The translations under genes and the position numbers were made by a program. A DNA stretch of 64,000 nt, taken from contig JAKLGH010000003.1 in NCBI GenBank assembly GCA_022710775.1, positions 14,073-78,072 on the forward strand. The letters run 5' to 3'. A model generated the notes under the pieces. The model made no database searches. It saw only the letters and a program-made list of their open reading frames with translations, and had not been told where the DNA came from. This DNA is from Patescibacteria group bacterium (GTDB lineage: Bacteria; Patescibacteriota; Minisyncoccia; Minisyncoccales; UBA5738). How positions within the stretch are numbered: the stretch's first letter is position 1; the number at the start of each line of letters is the position of its first letter. Positions 25,297 to 35,066 of this stretch are shown one piece after another.

Positions 25297-27171
25297 ATGA
25301 CATTTTTGATAGATCAACTGCTCAAGAAAAAAGCCATTTCACAGGAACAAGCCGCCGCTTTGGAGGCTGATTTAAAGAAGGGGAATAAAAAGCCGGAGGA
25401 GCTTATTTTGGAAAGGGGCTTGATGGCCGAAGAGAAGCTTTTTGATTTTAAAAGCGAATTTTTGAAAATCCCGCTTGTCAAGACGCTGCCCGAGGATATC
25501 AAGCTTGACGTCTTAGAAACGGTTCCCGAAGAAACCGCAAAATTTTACCATACTATACCTTTAGGGAAGAGAAAGAACGAAATTTTCATCGGGATGGTCT
25601 ATCCCGACGATTTAAGGGCCCAGGAAGCCTTGAAATTCCTATCAAGGAAGGCGAATTTTTCTTATCAGGTTTTTTTGATTACTCCGAACGTCTTTGAGCT
25701 TATTCTGAAGAAATATAAAGATCTGAAAAAAGAAGTTGGGATTGCGCTGGAGGAATTGAAGGAAGAGGAAGCAATCGAATTAGAGGAAAAAAAAGTAGAA
25801 TCGTTCGGCGAAGGAATGCTGACGGAAGACGCGCCAATCGCTAAAATCGTAAATGTTATCTTGCGGAACGCTATTGACGGAGGAGCGTCCGATATCCATG
25901 TTGAGCCTGGGAGGGAAAAGTTAAGGGTCAGGTTTCGGGTGATGGGTGAATTATATTCGTCGATTTTTTTGCCTCTAAATATTCATCAGGCAGTCGTAGC
26001 GAGGATAAAAATTCTTTCCAATTTAAAGATCGATGAGAACAGAGTTCCCCAGGACGGCCGGTTTTCCATCAAGATGGAGCGTAAGAATATCGATTTCCGC
26101 GTATCCACGCTGCCGACCGCTTTAGGAGAGAAAGTTGTGATGAGGATCTTGGATCCGGATGTCGGGTTGAAAACGTTCGAAGATCTTGGCTTGGAAGGCA
26201 GGAATCTTGATCTGATGAGAAAGGCTATAGATCAGCCTTTCGGGCTCATTCTTGTCACTGGACCGACTGGTTCGGGGAAAAGTACGACATTATACGCCGT
26301 TCTCCAGGCCATAAATAACGATAAAATAAACATCATCAGCCTTGAAGATCCGGTTGAGTATTTCGTGGAAGGCGTGAATCAATCCCAGGTACGTCCCGAG
26401 ATCGGTTTTGATTTTGCTTCGGGTTTGCGGAGCATTTTGCGTCAAGACCCGGACGTGATCATGGTAGGAGAAGTACGCGACGAAGAAACCGCGCTTTTAA
26501 CCATCCATTCGTCGCTCACCGGCCACTTGGTGCTGTCGACCCTCCACACCAATGACGCGCTTGGCGTAATTCCGCGCTTGATCGATCTTAAAGTCCAGAA
26601 TTATCTTATTCCGTCAACTTTGGTCCTGGCTCTGTCGCAGCGCCTTGTCCGGCGTTTGTGCCCCAATTGCAAAAAGAAAGTTGAAGCTGTCGGATTTGTC
26701 AAAGAAAAGATCATTTCAGACTACGAAACCTTGCCGGAAGCGGAAAAGAAAAAATTTCCGCTGTTAGATCCGATCTATATTTGGGAGCCGGTCGGATGCC
26801 CCAAATGCAACCGCCAGGGTTTTTCGGGGCGGGTCGGCATCTTTGAAACAATGGAAATGACGCCGGAATTGGCGGATCTTGTATTAAAAGAACTGTCTGA
26901 AACAAAGATCGTTGCGGAAGGCAGGAGGCAGGGAATGATATCGATGAGGCAGGACGGGATAATGAAGGCGTTGAGAGGTTCGACGACTTTCGAAGAGGTT
27001 CTTAAGGCGACGGAAGAGGAAATAGAAGATACTGACAAAAAAAACGATAGGTTGAAACTGGAAGAAAAGAAGAGGGCCAAGCCGGAAGAAAAGAAGGAAA
27101 AGCCTGCCAGTAAAGCGAGGGCTGGTTCGTTTGATTCTATCATCAAAAAATACGGAATAGCGAACGAATAG
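25297..27171 (+). CDS. pilB: type IV pilus extension ATPase PilB (GspE family) with Lys/Glu-rich C-terminal tail
   Basis: 624 aa. N-terminal T2SSE_N-like region, Walker A GPTGSGKSTT, tetracysteine CPNC...CPKC, and a KKEKP-rich tail. Confidence 0.9.
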   Translation: MTFLIDQLLKKKAISQEQAAALEADLKKGNKKPEELILERGLMAEEKLFDFKSEFLKIPLVKTLPEDIKLDVLETVPEETAKFYHTIPLGKRKNEIFIGMVYPDDLRAQEALKFLSRKANFSYQVFLITPNVFELILKKYKDLKKEVGIALEELKEEEAIELEEKKVESFGEGMLTEDAPIAKIVNVILRNAIDGGASDIHVEPGREKLRVRFRVMGELYSSIFLPLNIHQAVVARIKILSNLKIDENRVPQDGRFSIKMERKNIDFRVSTLPTALGEKVVMRILDPDVGLKTFEDLGLEGRNLDLMRKAIDQPFGLILVTGPTGSGKSTTLYAVLQAINNDKINIISLEDPVEYFVEGVNQSQVRPEIGFDFASGLRSILRQDPDVIMVGEVRDEETALLTIHSSLTGHLVLSTLHTNDALGVIPRLIDLKVQNYLIPSTLVLALSQRLVRRLCPNCKKKVEAVGFVKEKIISDYETLPEAEKKKFPLLDPIYIWEPVGCPKCNRQGFSGRVGIFETMEMTPELADLVLKELSETKIVAEGRRQGMISMRQDGIMKALRGSTTFEEVLKATEEEIEDTDKKNDRLKLEEKKRAKPEEKKEKPASKARAGSFDSIIKKYGIANE

Positions 27172-27427
27172 GCGGCGCCGCGCCGCAGTTGCGCCGGCTT
27201 TCGAGCTTAGCTCCCATTCAGGCATTTTTTAGATTTTTTTAAAAATAATTGGTTTTTCAATCACAGCGCAAAATGATTCCATAGGCGGGCAAAGCCGGCA
27301 GCTAGTTGCTGTATTTTAATGGCGTATGGGTTATAATAATATCAATTGCATTTAGCGATTCCGTGGCAGGATGTTGGACGGTATAAGCAGGCTTAAAGCT
27401 CGGTTTAAACTGATTAAATCAACGCAA

Positions 27428-27865
27428 ATGGATAAAAAAACAAACGGAAAAAAGGAAACCAAAAGCGATAAAGGGATGAAAAGAATATTGATCGTGGAAG
27501 ACGACCCTTTTTTGAGCGATATCTATTACACTAAATTAAAAGAAACGGATTTTGAGACCGATATGGCTTATACCGGAGATGAATGCTGGCAGAAATTGAA
27601 AGAAAAAAAGTACGACCTTATGGTTCTGGATATCGTGCTGCCTGGAATGGACGGATGGGAAATAATGGCTAAGATTCGGGAGATCAGGGAGAACGGAGGT
27701 CCGGAGGGGGAATATATGGAAAATCTGAAAATCATCATTCTTTCCAATCTTGGCTTGAAAGAGGAGATTCAGAAGGGTTTGCGATTGGGCGCGGACAGTT
27801 TTTTGCTTAAAGCGCATTTTACGCCTACCCAGGTGGTGGAAGAGATAATAAAAATAATCAAATAG
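27428..27865 (+). CDS. stand-alone response-regulator receiver domain (CheY/PilH-like)
   Basis: The track ORF starts at 27371; ATG 27428 or 27476 is likelier. KRILIVEDDPF, phospho-acceptor context DLMVLDIVLPGMDG, and LSNLG...GADSFLLK. No output domain. Confidence 0.8.
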   Translation: MDKKTNGKKETKSDKGMKRILIVEDDPFLSDIYYTKLKETDFETDMAYTGDECWQKLKEKKYDLMVLDIVLPGMDGWEIMAKIREIRENGGPEGEYMENLKIIILSNLGLKEEIQKGLRLGADSFLLKAHFTPTQVVEEIIKIIK

Positions 27866-27867
27866 CC

Positions 27868-28932
27868 ATGGTGAGTTACCAGCAGTTGTTAAAAAAATAT
27901 CTTGAAACTGTTGCTAAGGTGGAGGCATCGGATCTTCATATTACCGTCGGTTATCCTCCAATGATGCGGGTAAACGACGGGCTTATGCCGATGCCCGGCG
28001 AATCAAAGCTCACTCCGCGCGATACGCAAGGTTTATGCCTTGCTTTGATGAGTTCGGAACAGCAAGAAAAATTCCTCAGGGACAAAGAGATAGATTTTTC
28101 CTATGCTTTCGAGAATGATACCCGTTTTAGGATAAATGTTTTTTTTCAGCGGGGATCAATTTCGTCCGCTTTGCGTTTTATCCCGGTTAAAATCAGGACG
28201 CTCGATGAACTGGGAATGCCTGAAGTCATACACCATTTTACCGAGGTTACCCAGGGTTTTGTGCTGGTTACGGGCCCGGCTTCGCACGGAAAATCAACAA
28301 CTTTGGCCGCTTTGATCGACGAGATTAACCACAAGCGCTGCGATCATATAGTGACCATCGAGGATCCGATCGAGTATATTTTCAAGCCGGAAAAGTCAGT
28401 GATCGAACAGCGGGAGGTTAATGCCGATACCCGCAATTTCGGCACGGCGATGAAATCTATTTTCCGGCAGGATCCGGATGTCATTATGATCGGGGAAATG
28501 CGCGACTTGGAAACTATCGGTACGGCTATAACCGCGGCTGAAACCGGCCACTTGGTTTTTGCGACCCTGCACACCAATTCGGCTGCCCAGACAATCCACC
28601 GCGTCGTAGATTCGTTTCCGGCGGAACAGCAAAATCAAATCCGTTCCCAGATATCGGTTTGTTTGCTGGGTATTATTTCCCAGAGGCTTCTGCCGAAGAT
28701 CGGAGGAGGCTTGGTGCCGGCTTGCGAAGTAATGTTCAATAATCACGCGACGGCAAATTTAATCCGTGAGAACAAGATTCATGAGATACCGCTTATCATC
28801 GAAACATCCCAGAAAGCCGGCATGATATCGCTCAATAAGTCCTTGGCAGCGTTGGTCAAAAACAAGCTGGTGACTTTGGACACAGCCTTCTCTTATTCGA
28901 TAAATCCGCACGAACTTGAGATTTTGATCTAA
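27868..28932 (+). CDS. pilT: type IV pilus retraction ATPase PilT
   Basis: 354 aa. ASDLHIT, Walker A GPASHGKSTT, AETGHLVFATLHTN. Confidence 0.9.
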   Translation: MVSYQQLLKKYLETVAKVEASDLHITVGYPPMMRVNDGLMPMPGESKLTPRDTQGLCLALMSSEQQEKFLRDKEIDFSYAFENDTRFRINVFFQRGSISSALRFIPVKIRTLDELGMPEVIHHFTEVTQGFVLVTGPASHGKSTTLAALIDEINHKRCDHIVTIEDPIEYIFKPEKSVIEQREVNADTRNFGTAMKSIFRQDPDVIMIGEMRDLETIGTAITAAETGHLVFATLHTNSAAQTIHRVVDSFPAEQQNQIRSQISVCLLGIISQRLLPKIGGGLVPACEVMFNNHATANLIRENKIHEIPLIIETSQKAGMISLNKSLAALVKNKLVTLDTAFSYSINPHELEILI

Positions 28933-28942
28933 CCACCAATCC

Positions 28943-30148
28943 ATGAGATTTACTTACCAAGCCAGGACAAAGATCGGAGACGTTAAGATCGGAGTGATCG
29001 ATGCGTCTTCAAAAAAAGCGGCGATCGATATGCTGCAGCGCGACGGTTTGTTCGTTACGCAGCTTAGAAAAGAAAGCGAGAGTTTTTCCAAAAGATTCCG
29101 TCTCATGGACCGGATCAGCGGAAAAGAGGTGGCTATTTTTTCGCGCCAGCTGGCGGTTATGTTCAAGGCGAACGTATCGTTGGTGGAATCATTGAGAACG
29201 ATCGGCGGGCAATTTACCAACCAAAGCTTCCGGGAAAAGATATTAAAGATTTCCCAGGATGTCGAGGCGGGCACTTCTTTATCCAACGCATTTGCTAAAT
29301 ATCCGGATATTTTCTCATCTTTTTTCATTGCCATGATCAAGGCCGGAGAAGTTTCAGGAAATCTTTCCGAGCAGCTCACTTATTTGGCCGACTATCTTGA
29401 AAAGAATTATTATCTTTCCGGAAAAATCAAAGGTGCGATGGTTTATCCGGCTTTGATCGTGATCGTGGTGATTGCCGTATTGTTCATGCTTAGCTATTTT
29501 GTTTTGCCGAATTTATTGAGCACGCTAACTGAAACCGGGGCGGAATTGCCTTTGATAACCCAGATTGTGATTGTCGGTTCGAATTTTATCCGGGGTCCCG
29601 GAGGGCTGTTGTTGATCTTAGGCATGGTGCTGATCATGATATTTGCGATGCGGTATTACAAAAGCGACAAAGGCAGGATATTTTTCGACAAACTGTTTCT
29701 TCGGGTTCCGGTGTTCAGCTCACTTTTAAGAATGGTTTATTTAAGCCGGTTTGCCGACAATCTCTCGACCTTGGTTTCGGGCGGCATACCGATTACGCAG
29801 TCGCTTGAAATAACCGGTAATATCGTGGGCAACATCGTTTATAAAGAAGTGATTCTTAAAACCCGCGATGGCGTAAGGCGGGGGCAGACTATTTCCTCCA
29901 TTCTTTATAATTATCCGGAACTTTTTCCCCCGATGTTCACGCAGATGATCCTGGTCGGAGAACAAACCGGGTCGCTGGACAAGAGCTTGTCGACGCTTGT
30001 GAATTTTTACGAAAAGGAAAGCGATTCCGCGATTGACGGGCTGCTCACCCTGATTGAACCGGTATTGATCATATTGTTGGGCGTAATCGTCGGAGGTATT
30101 GTGGCCGCAGTTATGATACCCATGTATTCATCGCTTGGAAATATGTAG
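28943..30148 (+). CDS. pilC: type IV pilus platform protein PilC (GspF family)
   Basis: 401 aa. Duplicated GspF-type domains and three TM segments. Confidence 0.9.
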   Translation: MRFTYQARTKIGDVKIGVIDASSKKAAIDMLQRDGLFVTQLRKESESFSKRFRLMDRISGKEVAIFSRQLAVMFKANVSLVESLRTIGGQFTNQSFREKILKISQDVEAGTSLSNAFAKYPDIFSSFFIAMIKAGEVSGNLSEQLTYLADYLEKNYYLSGKIKGAMVYPALIVIVVIAVLFMLSYFVLPNLLSTLTETGAELPLITQIVIVGSNFIRGPGGLLLILGMVLIMIFAMRYYKSDKGRIFFDKLFLRVPVFSSLLRMVYLSRFADNLSTLVSGGIPITQSLEITGNIVGNIVYKEVILKTRDGVRRGQTISSILYNYPELFPPMFTQMILVGEQTGSLDKSLSTLVNFYEKESDSAIDGLLTLIEPVLIILLGVIVGGIVAAVMIPMYSSLGNM

Positions 30149-30335
30149 CGGTTAAATTAGCAAGAATGGGAGGAATGGCCGGATTTGCGGGACGAGGAAA
30201 ACATCGCTGGGGAACAAAACATTGATTTTTTCATTCATTCTAATAAAATAAAATAATACATTGATTTTTTCGGCGGATTCGAGAAATTGAAAACAGAATA
30301 TTCCCTCGAATTCAAAACACCATAGCGATTATAAG

Positions 30336-30872
30336 ATGACTTCAAAGAAATATATGAAAACCAATACATTGCGCAACCAGCAAGGTTTTACGCTTATCGA
30401 ATTGCTGGTTGTTATTGCTGTAATCGGGATTTTGGCGGGACTGGTTCTGGTTTCCATGGGAGGGTCCCGGGAAAAAGCCCGTGACGCGAGACGGTTTAGC
30501 GATTTGCGCCAGATAACCGGCGCCATAGAATCGGTTAACAATGATGATTCTTCCTATTTCAAGCACGCCTTAAGCATTGGAAGCATCCCGGTTATTGCCA
30601 ACTCCGATGGCTATAAGTATCTGGCCGCAATGACCGATCCTCTTAACGATAATACATTCAAATATGTTTGGGTAGGCAATACCGGAACGGGGAAGTGCGG
30701 AAATCTGTTCGAAGGCCATTATTTTTGCGCTTTCGGCAAGATGGAGCTGCCGGGTGACTGCGGCAGCGATAATCGGTATTATGTAATAAACCAGAATGGA
30801 CAAAAGGAAAGGTGCGACAGTGTTGATTATGTTGCGACTCCGCCGAACATTTGTACTTGCGCGACTTGGTAG
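30336..30872 (+). CDS. type IV pilin (prepilin N-terminal cleavage/methylation domain)
   Basis: QQG/FTLIELLVVIAVIGILAG class III signal. Alternative start at ATG 30354. Cys-rich C-terminal half. Confidence 0.85.
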   Translation: MTSKKYMKTNTLRNQQGFTLIELLVVIAVIGILAGLVLVSMGGSREKARDARRFSDLRQITGAIESVNNDDSSYFKHALSIGSIPVIANSDGYKYLAAMTDPLNDNTFKYVWVGNTGTGKCGNLFEGHYFCAFGKMELPGDCGSDNRYYVINQNGQKERCDSVDYVATPPNICTCATW

Positions 30873-30913
30873 CATGAAAGTATAATAATCATAAGCGGCA
30901 CTGCAGAGGATTT

Positions 30914-31396
30914 ATGGAAAAACAAACGGGATTTACGATGATAGAATTGTTAATAGTGGTTTCGGTAATCGGCATATTGGCGTCGATGATTATTTTAACG
31001 ACGAGCGGGTCAAGAATAAAAGCTCGAGACGCGCGAAGGGCGACCGATATGAAATCGCTGGTAACAGCGCAAGAGTTTTATATGTCGGACGTGGGCCATT
31101 ATTTTACCTGTTCGGCGACGCTTGGAGATTGCGTTCCAAAAAATTCACGGAATTATCCATCGTCGCTTGGACCGCGTATGCCAAAAACGCCGACGGATCC
31201 GAGAAATGTGGGAACGACATGCACGGGGGACAGCTATATCTACTGCGGGCTTGATAACACTGGAGATTGGCAGCAATTCTGTTATTTCGCGAAATTGGAA
31301 GAAAACAGCACATCTTATCTTACGGCATCGCCGAAAGGCAATAAGAAAAAAGATGCCATACCTACCAGTTTGGCTGATTGCGGAATGGCGGGGTGA
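30914..31396 (+). CDS. type IV pilin
   Basis: MEKQTG/FTMIELLIVVSVIGILAS. The C-terminal domain is paralogous to the next gene. Confidence 0.85.
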   Translation: MEKQTGFTMIELLIVVSVIGILASMIILTTSGSRIKARDARRATDMKSLVTAQEFYMSDVGHYFTCSATLGDCVPKNSRNYPSSLGPRMPKTPTDPRNVGTTCTGDSYIYCGLDNTGDWQQFCYFAKLEENSTSYLTASPKGNKKKDAIPTSLADCGMAG

Positions 31397-31481
31397 TAGA
31401 GCTAGAGAAGCTTAGTTTTAATTCCTGATGTTTGATAAAAAGGTCGATTTAATTAAGAGCATAAAAATAATAAAGCATATT

Positions 31482-31952
31482 ATGGTTAGGCAAAAGAAAG
31501 AAGGTTTTACCCTAATTGAATTATTGGTCGTGATCGCCATCATCGGTATTCTTGCCGGAATGGTATTGGTATCGATGGGCGGAGCGCGCGCCAAAGCCAG
31601 GGATGCGCGCCGCATGGCCGATATGAGGCAAATGGTTTCGGCTCAGGAAATGTATTACGGAGATGCGGACCAGTATCTTTCGTCAGCCACCCTTCCGACG
31701 GCAATCGGCACGTATTTGAATCCGGTTCCGGCTGATCCGGGCGGCGGAACGTTGGTAGCCTGCACGCAAGCGGCTCCGGCGTTCGTTTATTGCACGATCG
31801 ACAATACCGGTGCTGGAGATGAACAGAAATTCTGTTACTATACGAGGCTGGAACAAAACGCTAGCTTGCCTTACTTTACGGCTTCTCACGGCGGCAATTT
31901 CAAAAAAGCGGCTAAACCTACCGACATCGATGATTGCGCCACGGGTTCGTAA
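31482..31952 (+). CDS. type IV pilin
   Basis: The track ORF starts at 31428. ATG 31482 gives MVRQKKEG/FTLIELLVVIAIIGILAG. Confidence 0.85.
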   Translation: MVRQKKEGFTLIELLVVIAIIGILAGMVLVSMGGARAKARDARRMADMRQMVSAQEMYYGDADQYLSSATLPTAIGTYLNPVPADPGGGTLVACTQAAPAFVYCTIDNTGAGDEQKFCYYTRLEQNASLPYFTASHGGNFKKAAKPTDIDDCATGS

Positions 31953-31972
31953 GAGCGATTTTTTGTCATTGC

Positions 31973-32004
31973 AAAAAAAACAGCGGAGAATCCGCTGTTT
32001 TTTT
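31973..32004. terminator. intrinsic terminator after the pilin genes (A-run/T-run flanked)
   Basis: AAAAAAAA-CAGCGGA-GAA-TCCGCTG-TTTTTTT. Confidence 0.7.
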
Positions 32005-32194
32005 GTATTTGTTTCGTATTTTTTACTAAAAAAATGGAACGATAATGGTTTTTTTGCTATGATAGATTTATCATTAAAAAAGCGTGAATATTTTCGCGAT
32101 AAAACAAAAAGCCAATTAAGGTTTCAATTCTGCCAATATTTCCCCATTAGTGGCCAAAACCGGCTGGACATATTCAATTTAAATAATCCGGCCT

Positions 32195-33034
32195 ATGTCA
32201 ATGATTTCTTTTTACTCCTATTTGCTTCTTTTCTTTTTTTTCACGGTCGGGCTGGTTATTGGCAGTTTTTTGAACTGCCTGATATACCGAACAAAAGTTG
32301 GAAAAAGTTTCTTTAAAGGGCGGTCTTACTGCCCTAAGTGCAAGCACTTTCTGTCATGGTTTGATTTGATTCCGGTGCTTAGCTACTTGCAATTGGCCGG
32401 GAAATGCCGGTATTGCCGCGAACCGATTTCGCGCCAATATCTGCTGGTGGAGCTTGCCGTAGGGATACTTTTCGCGGCTTCGGCGGCGATCATGGAGCCG
32501 TCGATAGTTTTTTTTGCGTCTTTTTCTTTGTTCAATTTATTTTCATTGTTTTACTATTGGTTCATTATTTCGGTTTTGGCCGTTATCTTTGTTTATGACT
32601 TTTTATACTACATCATACCCGATGAAGCCGTTTTTTTGGCGATATTGGCAACAGCCGGGTTCCACGCGAGCCGATTTTTTTACGAGTTTTTTTTGACCTC
32701 GAACGCCAATTTTGAGCTTATGATCAATCCGCTTTTGGCTTCGGTTTTCGCCTTTTCCTTTTTTTTGACCGTTTTTCTGGTTTCGGCCGGAAAATGGATG
32801 GGTTTCGGGGATGTCAAATACGCGGCGCTTATGGGTTTGGTTCTTGGTTTTCCCGACATTGCCGTTGGACTGTTTCTGTCTTTTTTCCTTGGTGCTATAA
32901 TAGGATTAAGCATGATCGCGCTGAAAAGGAAGGAAATTTCTTCGGAAATACCTTTTGGTCCGTTTTTGGTTAGCGGAACGATAGCGGCTATGTTTTTTGG
33001 AAAAGACATTATTTTTATCTATCTAGGCATTTGA
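32195..33034 (+). CDS. pilD: prepilin peptidase (A24 family) PilD
   Basis: 279 aa. N-terminal GSFLNCLIYR, Cys motifs CPKC...CRYC, polytopic, and GFGDVKY (catalytic Asp context). Confidence 0.85.
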   Translation: MSMISFYSYLLLFFFFTVGLVIGSFLNCLIYRTKVGKSFFKGRSYCPKCKHFLSWFDLIPVLSYLQLAGKCRYCREPISRQYLLVELAVGILFAASAAIMEPSIVFFASFSLFNLFSLFYYWFIISVLAVIFVYDFLYYIIPDEAVFLAILATAGFHASRFFYEFFLTSNANFELMINPLLASVFAFSFFLTVFLVSAGKWMGFGDVKYAALMGLVLGFPDIAVGLFLSFFLGAIIGLSMIALKRKEISSEIPFGPFLVSGTIAAMFFGKDIIFIYLGI

Positions 33035-33238
33035 GCGCAGATTCAAATACGATATTTGCCATTTTATAGGCCATGGGTTTGCCCTAAAACATAAAATTTA
33101 GCCGGAAGCTGCCTTTCCCGCCCAGCGCGGGAAGAAATAAGGAGGGCTTAGGCATAAAGTGCTTTTCGTGGATACTTCATTTGGCTGCCTGAGCGGTTTC
33201 ATGGCACGCTTGAAATTCAAATAACATAAAATCGATTT

Positions 33239-33778
33239 TTGGTGAAAACAGCGATTAAAAAAAACAATTCGGAATCCGGGTTCACTCTTGTTGAAATGCT
33301 GACGGTTCTGTTCATTATGGCGGTCATAAGCGGCCTGGTTTTTGCCAATTACCGGTCCGGCAACCAGCAGTTTGCTCTGGAAAACGAGGCTTACCGCATT
33401 GCCCAGGACATCAGGCGGGTTCAGGAAATGGCGATGTCGTCAAAAGATGTGGGGGGCGTTAGTCCCGAGAGTTACGGCATTTATTTCGAAGGAAGCGGTT
33501 TGGGGTATAAAATTTACGCCGAAACCTCATTGCCTGCTAACTCGCATTACGATGCCACGGATTTGACGGTAGAGGATGTTTCGCTTTCAAAATATATTTA
33601 TATTTTAAGTTGCACGCCTGACTTGCTGAGCGTCAATTACACTCCGCCCGATCCTGTAACGACTTTGACGGGCGATTCCGGGGTAGTTGCCCAAGCGGTC
33701 ATTGTGCTTGCCATGGAGGGGACCAATCTGACTCGGACCATAGTCGTTAATCGCGGCGGGCTGGTGTATGTTGAATAA
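33239..33778 (+). CDS. minor pilin / pseudopilin (GspH/FimT-like)
   Basis: SESG/FTLVEMLTVLFIMAVISG. TTG start. Confidence 0.7.
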   Translation: MVKTAIKKNNSESGFTLVEMLTVLFIMAVISGLVFANYRSGNQQFALENEAYRIAQDIRRVQEMAMSSKDVGGVSPESYGIYFEGSGLGYKIYAETSLPANSHYDATDLTVEDVSLSKYIYILSCTPDLLSVNYTPPDPVTTLTGDSGVVAQAVIVLAMEGTNLTRTIVVNRGGLVYVE

Positions 33779-34406
33779 GCTAAAAGAAATTGCCGGTTTT
33801 TTATTTAAAAGGCTGGAATCAGACCGGTTGGATTTTGACTTGGCTGCCAGATCGCGGATTTCTAATTGGAAAAAAAGCATCGTTTCCGGGCTTGATTCCC
33901 GGGGTTTCACTTTTATTGAAACACTGGCAGCTCTTTTCGTGATTATGATCGGGATTTCAAGTTTCGTTACTTTGATCAATCAAACCGTTTCCTATACGAA
34001 GTCCAGTTCCTATAATTTAATTGCGGCTTATTTGGGGAAGGAGGGGGTGGAGATCGTCAAAAACATACGCGACAGCAATTTCTTAAAAGACTATTATGAC
34101 CTTCCGCCCAGCGCGACCTGGTACGACAATCTTACTTCTTGCGGCGGGCTGGGCTGCCAAGGGGATTATAATTCGCAGATTCTTGCGCCTTATAACGGGG
34201 ATACTCTTAAGCTTCCGCAGACGGGCGGCAAATTCTATAATTACGGCATCGGCATCGATACGATGTTTAAGCGCAGAATAAGAATAACGTCAGTAGGAGT
34301 CAATCCTGAACCGGATTATCTGTTTGTCGAAGTCGAAGTGATGTGGGACGAAAAAGGCAGGAGCCATAATTACGTCGTCCAAGACACTTTGTATCCAATT
34401 TGGTAA
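33768..34406 (+). CDS. minor pilin (PilV-like) with unusually long leader
   Basis: DSRG/FTFIETLAALFVIMIGIS lies 46 aa after the annotated ATG. The gene overlaps the previous one by 11 nt. The true start is uncertain. Confidence 0.6.
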   Translation: MLNKLKEIAGFLFKRLESDRLDFDLAARSRISNWKKSIVSGLDSRGFTFIETLAALFVIMIGISSFVTLINQTVSYTKSSSYNLIAAYLGKEGVEIVKNIRDSNFLKDYYDLPPSATWYDNLTSCGGLGCQGDYNSQILAPYNGDTLKLPQTGGKFYNYGIGIDTMFKRRIRITSVGVNPEPDYLFVEVEVMWDEKGRSHNYVVQDTLYPIW

Positions 34407-34483
34407 ATGAAGAGATAAAAAGGATGATAAGCAAGATCAAAATAAAAAAAATAGAAAACTCAATATTTAGCGAAGCGAAAAAA

Positions 34484-35041
34484 ATGCTTCGGCGATTTAC
34501 CGGTGCGGAACAAAAAAAAGGATTTACTCTTGTTGAGCTGGTTGTTGCGCTTGGCATATTTTCGATGGCTTTGGGCATTACATCCCAAACTTTTGTTGCC
34601 GGTATTAAACTTCAGCGGAAATTTTTGGCTTCAACCGAATCTCTGAACGAGATATCCTATCTGATGGAATATATGGCCCGTTCCATCCGTATGGCATACA
34701 AAGACATGACGCCCGTTTGCTTATCGGCCGCGAAATTGAATTACGAAGCTACGTATGGCGGGGAAGGAGTGAAGTTTATGAAAAAAAACAGCCAATGCCA
34801 GGAATTTTATCTGGACGGGGAAACGCTTTATGAAAGCAAAAACAATGGGGCGGAGATAAACGCCCTCACTTCTCCGAAAGTAAAGGTGGTTGCTTTTAAC
34901 GTCGGTCCTTCGACTTCCTGGGACCAGAATGACGAAGAACAGCCTCGCGTAACATTATTTTTGGAGGTGGAAGCCAAGGACGGAACAAGGGTAAAAATGC
35001 AAACAACGGTTTCCCAGAGGAACAAAGATACAAGGAAGTAA
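34484..35041 (+). CDS. minor pilin (PilW-like)
   Basis: The track ORF starts at 34400. ATG 34484 gives MLRRFTGAEQKKG/FTLVELVVALGIFSMALG. Confidence 0.6.
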   Translation: MLRRFTGAEQKKGFTLVELVVALGIFSMALGITSQTFVAGIKLQRKFLASTESLNEISYLMEYMARSIRMAYKDMTPVCLSAAKLNYEATYGGEGVKFMKKNSQCQEFYLDGETLYESKNNGAEINALTSPKVKVVAFNVGPSTSWDQNDEEQPRVTLFLEVEAKDGTRVKMQTTVSQRNKDTRK

Positions 35042-35066
35042 AAATTCTTTATTAATCTGGCAGAAT

